Of a DNA stretch of 64,000 nucleotides, positions 47,428 through 55,475 are shown piece by piece. The notes beneath the pieces were generated by a model that was not told the DNA's origin, searched no databases, and saw only the letters and a program-made list of their open reading frames with translations. A program made the position numbers and the translations under genes. Source of the DNA: Candidatus Methylomirabilia bacterium (GTDB taxonomy: Bacteria; Methylomirabilota; Methylomirabilia; Rokubacteriales; CSP1-6); assembly GCA_041496385.1 (NCBI GenBank), contig JBGQEL010000010.1:7387-71386 (forward strand). The letters run 5' to 3'. Within the stretch, counting starts at the first letter, position 1. Each line of letters starts with the position of its first letter.

Positions 47428-48215
47428 GGGGCCCTCGACAGGAACCCCTCGAGAGCCCGCGTAAAGGCCTCAGGCTGCTCGATATTCGACAGATGTGACG
47501 CGGACTTGATTATCGTCAGCTCAGATCCGGCGATATGCTCGTGGATCACCCGAGCGGCCGCGACCGGCGTCCCCAGATCATCCTCGCCGACGATGACGAG
47601 CGTCGGGATCTTGATGACGCCGAGCCGATCCGTGAGGTCGAGCTTCGAGATCGCGTGACAGCAGCCGGCGTAGCCCGCGGGGTTCGTTCCTCGGATCATC
47701 GCGGCCACGCGCTGGACGACCTCCGGACGCTTCTCCCTGAAGGGCGGCGTGAACCAGCGGCCCAGCGTGGGCTCGACGAGCGGCTCCATGCCCTGGGTCT
47801 CCGCGGTGCGGATCCGGTCATCCCACGCCGCGCGCATCTCGGGAGGCACGCGGCTGGACGTGTCGCAGAGGGCGAGGCTTGCGAAGAGGCCGGGCGCCTT
47901 GAGCGCGAGGGTCTGGCCGATCATGCCGCCCATCGAGAGCCCGACCCAGTGCGTCTTCGCGATCCCGAGCGCCCCGAGGAGCGCGCGGGCGTCCTCCGCG
48001 AGCTGGTCGAGCGTGTACGCCCCCCGGGGCGCGTCGGTCGCGCCGTGGCCCCGCGTCTCGTACTGGAGCACCCGGTACCGCCTCGCCAGCGCCGTGAGCT
48101 GCGGCTCCCACATGGCGAGCGTGGTCGCAAGCGAATGACTCAGCGTGACCACCGGGGCCCCGGCGGGGCCCTCGAGCGAGTAGTTGACGGAGATCCCGTT
48201 GACCGTGACCTTCAT
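47424..48215 (-). CDS. Alpha/beta hydrolase, 3-oxoadipate enol-lactonase-like
   Basis: SHSLAT, RGHG, GLSMGG nucleophile elbow and SHLSNIEQP. Confidence 0.85.
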   Translation of the reverse strand: MKVTVNGISVNYSLEGPAGAPVVTLSHSLATTLAMWEPQLTALARRYRVLQYETRGHGATDAPRGAYTLDQLAEDARALLGALGIAKTHWVGLSMGGMIGQTLALKAPGLFASLALCDTSSRVPPEMRAAWDDRIRTAETQGMEPLVEPTLGRWFTPPFREKRPEVVQRVAAMIRGTNPAGYAGCCHAISKLDLTDRLGVIKIPTLVIVGEDDLGTPVAAARVIHEHIAGSELTIIKSASHLSNIEQPEAFTRALEGFLSRAP

Positions 48216-48847
48216 GACGCTCCTCCTTGGGTCCGGTGCGCGTCGATCGTCCACTGGACCGCGTCGGCCGCCCGGTGGTCGTTCGGCCGCGCGCGGCGGC
48301 GCAGCTCGTCCACGATCTTCGCGCGCGCGTCCGGCGTGCGGTTCTGCGCGAGCTTGAATTTCGGACGACGGGCCCGGATGTCGAGCCGGACCGCCGCGAT
48401 GTGGGCGATCGCGCCCCGATAGAGCGGGTCGTCCGGGGTCACCGGCCGGAAGCCCCCCTCCGGCTGGTACCGGCCGAGCAGCTTCGTCTGCTGCGCGGCC
48501 AGCGCCCCCGCGTCGTCGGACACCGTGGCCTGGCAGTCGAAGATGACCGTCCGGTGATACGCCGTCGCCATGACCGCGTTCTCCGGATGCACCCAGTACG
48601 AGGGGATAACCGCGAGCACTTCGTCGACCTCGAAGAGGCAGCGCGGCCGCGCCCGGAGGTCTTCGATCTGCTCGTCCTTGCGGACCAGGTGAATCTCGAA
48701 TGCGTCACCGTCGTACACGAAGGGGTAGAGCCCGATGTGGGGCGTCCCCCCGGCGTCGGCGGTGACGAGACGCCCCATCTCCTGGGAGCGGACGAACCGG
48801 TCCACCTCGTCCCGCGGCACGTCCGCGTAGTAGTCGTGGAAGATCAC
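48212..48847 (-). CDS. FMN-binding split-barrel protein, PaiB-like
   Basis: PHIGLYPF, IPSYW...ATAY and KFKLAQNR pattern; GTG start overlaps the pdxT stop. Confidence 0.7.
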   Translation of the reverse strand: MIFHDYYADVPRDEVDRFVRSQEMGRLVTADAGGTPHIGLYPFVYDGDAFEIHLVRKDEQIEDLRARPRCLFEVDEVLAVIPSYWVHPENAVMATAYHRTVIFDCQATVSDDAGALAAQQTKLLGRYQPEGGFRPVTPDDPLYRGAIAHIAAVRLDIRARRPKFKLAQNRTPDARAKIVDELRRRARPNDHRAADAVQWTIDAHRTQGGAS

Positions 48848-49449
48848 GCGCGCGCTCCTTTGGCCGCTCGCCGGACCATGTCGCGAAAGTAGCGGTGCAC
48901 GGCCTGCTCGCCCGTCACCTCCGGGTGGAAGGTCGCCACGAGCACCCCGCCCTGCCGGGCCATGACGGGATCGTCGCCCTGACGCGCGAGCACGTCGACG
49001 CCCGCGCCGACCCGCCGGATGCGCGGGGCGCGGATGAACATCATGTCGATGGGTGTCGGCCGCCCGTCGAGCATCGCCGTCCCCCGGCTCTCGAACGACT
49101 CCCGCTGGCGCCCGTAGGCGTTTCGCTCGACGGTGACGTCGATCAGGCCGAGAGAGAACTGCCGGGGGTTCTCGACCTCCCGCGCGAGCACGATGAGACC
49201 CGCGCAGGTGCCGAAGATGGGTCTGCCCTCGGCGTGGAACTTCTCGATCGCGGGGACGAATCCCCACTCGTCCATGAGCTTGAGCAGCGTCGTCGACTCG
49301 CCACCCGGAATGAGCAGGCCGTCCACGTCGGCCAGCTCGGCCGGCTTGCGGACCTCGACCGCCGCGACGCCGCACGTCGCGAGCGCCGCGGCGTGGAGGC
49401 CGAAATCGCCCTGAAGGGCGAGCACGCCGATTTTCACGTTTTCGGTCAT
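48844..49449 (-). CDS. pdxT: PLP synthase glutaminase subunit
   Basis: GVLALQGDF, PGGEST, GTCAG, RNAYGRQ, FIRAP and FHPE. Confidence 0.95.
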   Translation of the reverse strand: MTENVKIGVLALQGDFGLHAAALATCGVAAVEVRKPAELADVDGLLIPGGESTTLLKLMDEWGFVPAIEKFHAEGRPIFGTCAGLIVLAREVENPRQFSLGLIDVTVERNAYGRQRESFESRGTAMLDGRPTPIDMMFIRAPRIRRVGAGVDVLARQGDDPVMARQGGVLVATFHPEVTGEQAVHRYFRDMVRRAAKGARA

Positions 49450-49505
49450 TTCACCGCTCACCTCGGACGGCGGGGCCGCAGCCCCGCGACGTCCTGCGGC
49501 TCGCA

Positions 49506-50402
49506 CTACCAGCCCCGGGTCTGGAGCAGGTCCTTCTCCTCGAGCTTCGAGGTCTCGATCCCGGGCATCGCCTCGCCCAGCTCCTCCGAGACGCGCGCGA
49601 GGACGTCGGCATCCTTGAAGTGGGTCGTCGCCTGGACGATCGCCTTGGCGCGCTTGGCCGGATCGCTCGACTTGAAGATGCCCGAACCGACGAACACCGA
49701 CTCGGCGCCGAGCTGCATCATGAGCGCGGCGTCGGCCGGCGTCGCGATGCCACCCGCCGAGAAGTTCGGTACCGGGAGCTTGCCGGTCTTCGCCACCCAG
49801 CGCACGAGCTCGTAGGGCGCGCCGAGGGTCTTCGCCTCGGTCATGAGCTCCTCGGGCGAGAGCAGCGTCAGCCGCCGCATCCCGGACACGAGCGCCCGCA
49901 TGTGGCGCACGGCCTCGACGATGTTGCCCGAGCCGGCCTCGCCCTTCGTGCGGATCATCGCCGCGCCCTCGCCCACACGGCGGAGCGCCTCGCCGAGGTC
50001 GCGCGCGCCGCACACGAACGGCACCCGGAAGGCGAACTTGTCGATGTGAAAATGCTCATCCGCGGGCGTCAGCACCTCCGACTCGTCGATGAAGTCCACG
50101 CCGAGGGCCTCGAGGATCTGCGCCTCGACGAAGTGGCCGATGCGCGCCTTGGCCATCACGGGGATCGTCACCGTCTTCTGGATCTCCCGGATCTTCCTCA
50201 CCGGCGACATCCGCGCGACGCCGCCCTCCTTGCGGATGTCCGCGGGCACACGCTCGAGCGCCATCACGGACACCGCGCCCGCGTCCTCGGCGATCTTCGC
50301 CTGCTCGGCGTTGGTGACGTCCATGATGACGCCGCCCTTCAGCATCTCCGCGAGGCCGATGTGCTTCTTGTCCGCGATGCGCAGCCCGTTCACGTCCATC
50401 AT
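49506..50402 (-). CDS. pdxS: PLP synthase lyase subunit
   Basis: [37 protein letters not shown] and [11 protein letters not shown]. Confidence 0.97.
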   Translation of the reverse strand: MMDVNGLRIADKKHIGLAEMLKGGVIMDVTNAEQAKIAEDAGAVSVMALERVPADIRKEGGVARMSPVRKIREIQKTVTIPVMAKARIGHFVEAQILEALGVDFIDESEVLTPADEHFHIDKFAFRVPFVCGARDLGEALRRVGEGAAMIRTKGEAGSGNIVEAVRHMRALVSGMRRLTLLSPEELMTEAKTLGAPYELVRWVAKTGKLPVPNFSAGGIATPADAALMMQLGAESVFVGSGIFKSSDPAKRAKAIVQATTHFKDADVLARVSEELGEAMPGIETSKLEEKDLLQTRGW

Positions 50403-50446
50403 GTGGATCTCCTTTGTCTTGGCCGGTCGGCCAGTCGATTCCTACC

Positions 50447-51976
50447 CTAGACCAGCGGAACCGTCGCGCGTGCCGCCCGCTCGCGCTCCGGGACCCGTCC
50501 GCGCGCCGCCCGGATCGTCTCCGCCAAACGCTTGACCCCCTCGTCGATCCGCGCCGCCGCCACCGACGAGAACGAGAGCCGCAGGGTCCTCTCGCCGCCC
50601 CCGTCCACGAAGAACGCGGCGCCCGGCGTGAACGCGACGCCGCGCTCGCCCGCGGCGGGCAGCAGCGCGCCGGCGTCGAGCCCGGGCGGCAGCGTCACGA
50701 GGAGCGAGAACCCGCCCTGCGGCTCGGTCCACGTGACCTCGGCCGGCATCCGTCGACGGAGCGCCGCCAGCAGGAGCGCGCGTCGCCGCGCGTACTCGCG
50801 GGCGACCCGCGTCACGTGACGGTCCAGGAGCTTGCGCTCGCAGAACCGGTAGACCGCGGCCTGGAGCAGCGCGCTCGTGTGCAGGTCGGCGAGCTGCTTG
50901 GCCGCGAGGAGCCGGTCGAGGACCGGCCGCGGGCCGACGAGCCAGCCGAGCCGCAGCCCGGGAAAGAGGATCTTCGAGAACGTCCCGATGTAGATCACGA
51001 CCCCGTCCCGGTCGAGCGCCTTGAGCGGGACCGCCGGCCGCTCGCCGTAGTAGAGGCTGCCGTCGAAGCCGTCTTCGACCACCGGCACCTGATGGCGCGC
51101 GGCGACGTCCAGGAGGCGCCGCGCCGTCTCGAGCGTGAGGGAGAGTCCGGTCGGGTTGTGCGCGCTGGGCTGGCAGTAGAAGAGCTTCGGCGCGTGACGC
51201 TCGAGGAGCCGCTCGAAGGCGTCCACCCGCGGGCCCGACGTGTCCCAGGGCACCGCCAGCAGCTGGGCGCCGAAGGAACGGAAGACCTGCAGCGCGCGGG
51301 GGTAGGTCGGATCCTCGATCGCGACGGCATCTCCCGGGTCGAGCAGCGTGCGGGCGATCAGGTCGAAGCCCTGCTGGGAGCCGTTGACGATGATGATGTC
51401 GTCGGGCCGCGCCTCGAGCCCGAATCTCAGGAGATAGGTCGAGAGATACTGCCGGAGCGGCGGATAACCGCCGGCGGGGTAGTACTGCAGGAGCGCGGCG
51501 CCGTCCTCGCGGATCACGTCGTTCAGCACGCGGCGGAAGGCGTCGGTCGGGAAGAGCCCGCTGTCGGGCATGCCACCCGCGAACGAGATGACCGCGGGAT
51601 TGGCTGCCGCCGTGCTCGCGAGGGCCCGCGTCCGGTCCTCCTCGGCGACCACGATCTGCGCGCTCCGCGAGAACAGGCCCGGCCAGTTGAGCGGCACCTG
51701 GGACGGGACCTGAGCCTCGGGCGCCGCCTGGGTCCCGGGCGACTCGGCGACGAAGGTCCCCTGGCCCACGTGGGCCCGGGCCCAGCCCGCGGCCACGAGC
51801 TCCTCGTAGGCCTGCGCGACGGTGGCGCGGTTGACGCCGAGCTGCTGCGCGAGGTCGCGCGTGGCCGGCAGCTTCATCCCGGGCGTCAGGAGCCGCTCGC
51901 GGATGAGGCGCTCCAGGTACGCCTGGATCTGGCGCGGCAGCGCGACGGGCTTCTCGCGGTCGAGCGGGATGTGCAC
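50447..51976 (-). CDS. MocR/GabR-family PLP-dependent regulator (PdxR-like)
   Basis: wHTH (KLPATRDLAQQLGVNRATV) plus aminotransferase-like domain (GTFSKILFPGLRLG); SD AAGGAG before GTG 51976; adjacent to pdxST. Confidence 0.9.
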   Translation of the reverse strand: MHIPLDREKPVALPRQIQAYLERLIRERLLTPGMKLPATRDLAQQLGVNRATVAQAYEELVAAGWARAHVGQGTFVAESPGTQAAPEAQVPSQVPLNWPGLFSRSAQIVVAEEDRTRALASTAAANPAVISFAGGMPDSGLFPTDAFRRVLNDVIREDGAALLQYYPAGGYPPLRQYLSTYLLRFGLEARPDDIIIVNGSQQGFDLIARTLLDPGDAVAIEDPTYPRALQVFRSFGAQLLAVPWDTSGPRVDAFERLLERHAPKLFYCQPSAHNPTGLSLTLETARRLLDVAARHQVPVVEDGFDGSLYYGERPAVPLKALDRDGVVIYIGTFSKILFPGLRLGWLVGPRPVLDRLLAAKQLADLHTSALLQAAVYRFCERKLLDRHVTRVAREYARRRALLLAALRRRMPAEVTWTEPQGGFSLLVTLPPGLDAGALLPAAGERGVAFTPGAAFFVDGGGERTLRLSFSSVAAARIDEGVKRLAETIRAARGRVPERERAARATVPLV

Positions 51977-52088
51977 CGTGGTCTCCTTACAGGGCCATTC
52001 TCCGAGTATTCCTGGCGACGTCAAGGGCCAATTGGCCTGCTCGGTACCAGGCCACGCTATAATCCTCCGCACCGGGAGGAGGCCCCTC

Positions 52089-52268
52089 ATGTCCCTGGGC
52101 GAGGCGCCGATCAGGCAGGCCGTGAAGTGGATCGAGGACCGGCTGCGCGACGACCCGGCGGCCGATCGCCTCAGGCTCGTCGACGAGGCGTCGCGGCAAT
52201 TCGACCTGACGCCGCTCGATGAGGACTTCCTCCTCCGGCACCTGGCCGAGCGCCGCAAGGACGGATGA
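52089..52268 (+). CDS. Small hypothetical protein (59 aa)
   Basis: TATAAT at 52058-52063, SD GGAGGAGG, ATG 52089; stop overlaps the next start. Confidence 0.8.
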   Translation: MSLGEAPIRQAVKWIEDRLRDDPAADRLRLVDEASRQFDLTPLDEDFLLRHLAERRKDG

Positions 52269-53041
52269 GCGAGGCGCAGACCCGCCGCGTCCAGGCGCAA
52301 TTCGGCGCGACCCCGCAGGCCTACGTCGCGAGCGTCGGTCACGCCGGCGGCGCCGATCTCGAAACGCTGCTGGCCTGGGGACGCGCCCGCCGCCCGGCGC
52401 GGGTCCTCGACGTCGCCACCGGGGGCGGTCACACGGCCCTCGCCTTCGCCGGACTCCCGGCGCGCGTCGTCGCGTTCGACCTGACGGAGGCGATGCTCCG
52501 CGCCGCGCGCGACTTCGTCGGCGGCCGCGGCGCGACGGGCGTGAGCTTCGTCGCGGGCGACGTCGAGGCGCTCCCCCTCCGCGAGGGCGCCTTCGACCTC
52601 GTGACCTGCCGGATCGCCGCCCACCACTTCGCCGACGTCGCCGCCGCCGTCCGCCAGATCCAGCGCGTGCTGCGCCCCGGTGGCTCCTTCCTCGTGCAGG
52701 ACATCCTCGGTCACGACGATCCCGAGGCGAGCGCCTTCATCACCGAGGTCGAGCGACGCCGCGACCCCTCCCATGTCCGCGCCTACCGCGCGACGGAGTG
52801 GAAGGCCTTCCTGAAGGCCGCCGGCATGACGGTGATGGCCGAGGCGATCGTGAGCAAGGTCCGTCCGTGGGGCGACTGGACGGCCCGGATGGGGATGAGC
52901 GTCGAGGCGCGGCGTGAGCTCGAGGCCTTCGTGCGCGGCGCGCCCGAGCCCTGCCGCCGCGCCTTCGACGTGAGACTCGCGGGCGACGCGGTCGAATCGT
53001 TCGCCGACCGCATGATCCTGCTCCGCGCCGACCGCGACTAG
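52265..53041 (+). CDS. Class I SAM-dependent methyltransferase
   Basis: VLDVATGGG, GDVEALP, FDLVTCRIAAHHF and RVLRPGG. Confidence 0.9.
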   Translation: MSEAQTRRVQAQFGATPQAYVASVGHAGGADLETLLAWGRARRPARVLDVATGGGHTALAFAGLPARVVAFDLTEAMLRAARDFVGGRGATGVSFVAGDVEALPLREGAFDLVTCRIAAHHFADVAAAVRQIQRVLRPGGSFLVQDILGHDDPEASAFITEVERRRDPSHVRAYRATEWKAFLKAAGMTVMAEAIVSKVRPWGDWTARMGMSVEARRELEAFVRGAPEPCRRAFDVRLAGDAVESFADRMILLRADRD

Positions 53042-53322
53042 CCCTTCAGCCTCACGAGCGTCGCGCCCCAGCCTCCCCGCTCCGGCGGGGCGTCGCCGAA
53101 CGCGGCCACGAGCGGATGCCTGGCGAGAACGGATCGGACGATCTCACGCTGCACGCCGACGCCGCGGCCGTGGACCAGGCGTACCTCCCGGAAGCCGCGC
53201 GCGTGGGCGGCCACCAGGTACTCGGCGACCAGCGACGGAACGTCCCGCGGCGCGAACGGGTGGAGGTCGAGGGCGTCCTCGATCGGGACGCGTACGGGGG
53301 CGTCGGGTGCCGCGTCGTCTAC
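53038..53322 (-). CDS. Stand-alone Smr/MutS2 domain protein (start uncertain)
   Basis: LDLH...VRLVHGRGVG...GGWGATLV. Confidence 0.82.
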   Translation of the reverse strand, partial: VDDAAPDAPVRVPIEDALDLHPFAPRDVPSLVAEYLVAAHARGFREVRLVHGRGVGVQREIVRSVLARHPLVAAFGDAPPERGGWGATLVRLKG

Positions 53323-53396
53323 AGCCGCGGCCCCTGCAGCACGTGCTGCTGCCAGTGATCGAAGCTCAGGAGATCCTCCCCCGAGAGCTTGCACTG

Positions 53397-53807
53397 TCAG
53401 AAGGTCGCGGCCCGCTCGAAGAACGTGACGTCGACGACGCCGACGTTCTCGGCGCGCGCCGTTTCGGCGACCTTCTGCGTGACCATCTGGCGGACGAACG
53501 GGATCGGAATCCGGCCGAGCCGGTGGATGACCTCGTCGGTGCACCGGATGCGCGTCCCGGGAAGCACCGGGCCGGCCGCGACGACCGCGGCCTCCTCCCG
53601 TTCCGGGTGCTCGCACGTCTCCGGCACGAGCTGCTGCAGGCGCAGCGATACGTACTCGGTCACCCACTGCTGGATGCCGCGCTTCATCTCGTCCGGGCTG
53701 CCCCCGCCGCGCTCCGGCGTATCACCGCCGCCGGTGAGCAGGCTCTCCAGCCGGCCGAGGCGGGTCTCGAGCGCCGCCAGGCGCTGCTCCAATCCCTGAT
53801 CCGTCAT
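53397..53807 (-). CDS. Hypothetical protein with an N-terminal coiled coil and a C-terminal PCP_red-like domain
   Basis: TDEVIHRLGRIPIPFVRQMVTQKVAETARAENV resembles the BchB/ChlB C-terminal domain pattern. Confidence 0.65.
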   Translation of the reverse strand: MTDQGLEQRLAALETRLGRLESLLTGGGDTPERGGGSPDEMKRGIQQWVTEYVSLRLQQLVPETCEHPEREEAAVVAAGPVLPGTRIRCTDEVIHRLGRIPIPFVRQMVTQKVAETARAENVGVVDVTFFERAATF

Positions 53808-53850
53808 CTCATCCTCCGAGCGGCGCGAGCCTTCGCAGCGCGCCGCGGCG

Positions 53851-55266
53851 TCATGCCACCACTGGGCGCCGCGCGTGCCAGTCCGTGAGGCGCTGGTAGG
53901 CGTCGCCGGCGCGCATCACCGTCGCCTCGTCGAACGGCCGCCCGACGAGCTGCAGGCCAATCGGCAGACCGCCGGCCGTGAACCCGCAGGGCACGGAGCA
54001 GCAGGGATGCCCCGAAAAGTTGAACGGGCGCGTCAGCCGGATCAGCGCCGCGCGCACGTCGGACGTCCCGTCGCCGAGCTCCACCGTCCGCTCGCCGAGC
54101 ACGGGCGCCGGGATCGGCGTCGCCGGCGCCAGGAGCACGTCGCGCCGCGCGAGCGCCGCGTCCACCTCCTGGCGCACGAGCTGACGCACCTGCTGGGCGC
54201 GCACGTAGTGGACACCGCTCACGAACGCGCCCATCTTGAGCCGCTCGCGCACGTCCGGCTGGTAGTCCGCGGCGCGCGTCCGCATCCATTCGGCATGGTA
54301 CGCGAGCGCCTCGGCGGCGACGATCGCGAACGCCGCCGCCGCCACGTGCGGGATCTGCTCGAGGCGCACCTCGTCGACCACCGCGCCGGCCTGCGCCAGC
54401 GTGGTGGCGGCCCGCTCGACCGCCGCGCGCACCTCGGGCACGGCCGCGTCGGTGAAGTGCGGCCGCAGGAGCCCGACGCGCAGCCCCTTCACGTCGCCCG
54501 TGAGCGCCGCGGCGTAGTCGGGCACGGGCAGGACGCTCGTGGTCGGGTCCGCGGGATCGTAGCCGGCCATCGCGCGGAGCATGAGCGCGCAGTCCTCGAC
54601 CGTTCGCGCCATCGGCCCCGCGTGGTCCATGGACCAGGACAGCGGCAACACGCCCGCACGGCTCACGCGCCCGTAGGTCGGTTTCACGCCACTGATCCCG
54701 CAGAGCGACGCGGGAATGCGGATCGAGCCGCCCGTGTCCGAGCCCAGCGCGCCGGGGCAGAGCCCCGCGGCGACCGCCACGCCCGAGCCCGAGGACGAGC
54801 CCCCGGCCGCGCGGTGCGCGCCCATGTCCCAGGGGTTCATCGCGTCGCCGTAGTGCGCGTTGAGGCCCTCGGGGCCGTAGGCGAACTCGTGCATGTTGAG
54901 TTTGCCGAGGACGATCAGCCCGGCGGCGCCGAGCCGCGCGACGACGGTCGCGTCCTGGGCCGGCACGAAGTCCGCCAGGATCTTCGAGCCGCCCGTGGTC
55001 CGCACGCCCTTGGTGCTGTAGAGGTCCTTCGGCCCGTAGGGCACGCCATGCAGCGGGCCCGCCACGCGCCCCGCGACCAGCTCCGCCTCGGCGGCGCGCG
55101 CGGCCGCGAGTGCGCCGTCCCCGCAGACGGTGATGAACGAGCGGAGTCGGCCGTCGAGCGCGGTGATGCGCTCGAGGTGGGCCTGGACGACCTCGACCGG
55201 CGAGACTTCCTTCCTCGCGATCATCCGGCCCAGCTCGGCCATCGAGCGCCAGACGAGATCGGCCAT
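53851..55266 (-). CDS. Amidase-signature family enzyme (GatA/AtzE-like)
   Basis: KD, GKLNMHEFA, GGSSSGS and LGSDTGGSIRIPA. Confidence 0.92.
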   Translation of the reverse strand: MADLVWRSMAELGRMIARKEVSPVEVVQAHLERITALDGRLRSFITVCGDGALAAARAAEAELVAGRVAGPLHGVPYGPKDLYSTKGVRTTGGSKILADFVPAQDATVVARLGAAGLIVLGKLNMHEFAYGPEGLNAHYGDAMNPWDMGAHRAAGGSSSGSGVAVAAGLCPGALGSDTGGSIRIPASLCGISGVKPTYGRVSRAGVLPLSWSMDHAGPMARTVEDCALMLRAMAGYDPADPTTSVLPVPDYAAALTGDVKGLRVGLLRPHFTDAAVPEVRAAVERAATTLAQAGAVVDEVRLEQIPHVAAAAFAIVAAEALAYHAEWMRTRAADYQPDVRERLKMGAFVSGVHYVRAQQVRQLVRQEVDAALARRDVLLAPATPIPAPVLGERTVELGDGTSDVRAALIRLTRPFNFSGHPCCSVPCGFTAGGLPIGLQLVGRPFDEATVMRAGDAYQRLTDWHARRPVVA

Positions 55267-55267
55267 G

Positions 55268-55444
55268 TCAGAACACGCGGTACTGGGTCGCGGGCTCGAC
55301 GTCCCCGAGGGGAAGCGTCTCGAGCCGCGCCAGCATGTCGAGCGTCCGTTCCAGCGTCGGGCGGATCGCCTCCAGCTCGGCGTCCGTCCAGGGGAATCCG
55401 CCGAGCCGGGCGATGCCGCGCAGGGTGTCGAGGTTTATTTCCAT
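55268..55444 (-). CDS. Small GatC/AtzG-like amidase partner (58 aa)
   Basis: MEINLDTLRGIARLGGFPWTDAELEAI...LETLPLGDVEP; stop lies 1 nt before the amidase start. Confidence 0.7.
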   Translation of the reverse strand: MEINLDTLRGIARLGGFPWTDAELEAIRPTLERTLDMLARLETLPLGDVEPATQYRVF

Positions 55445-55475
55445 GGGCGGGAGCATACCACTAGAATGAAAGGCG

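Noticed and set aside
43941-47498. 1185-aa plus-strand ORF
   Set aside because: Antisense shadow of the oxidoreductase genes; long stop-free antisense frames are expected at this GC content.
49465-49494. Hairpin between pdxS and pdxT as a terminator
   Set aside because: A stem exists but has no U-tract, and it lies within an apparent operon.
53323-53396. Possible tRNA-Sec or other ncRNA (GCAGCACGTGCTGC palindrome)
   Set aside because: No cloverleaf, T-loop or anticodon arm could be built; a short GC palindrome is not enough.
53851-55444. gatCA of the Glu-tRNA amidotransferase
   Set aside because: No gatB, the partner is only 58 aa, and the amidase lacks obvious GatA-specific features.
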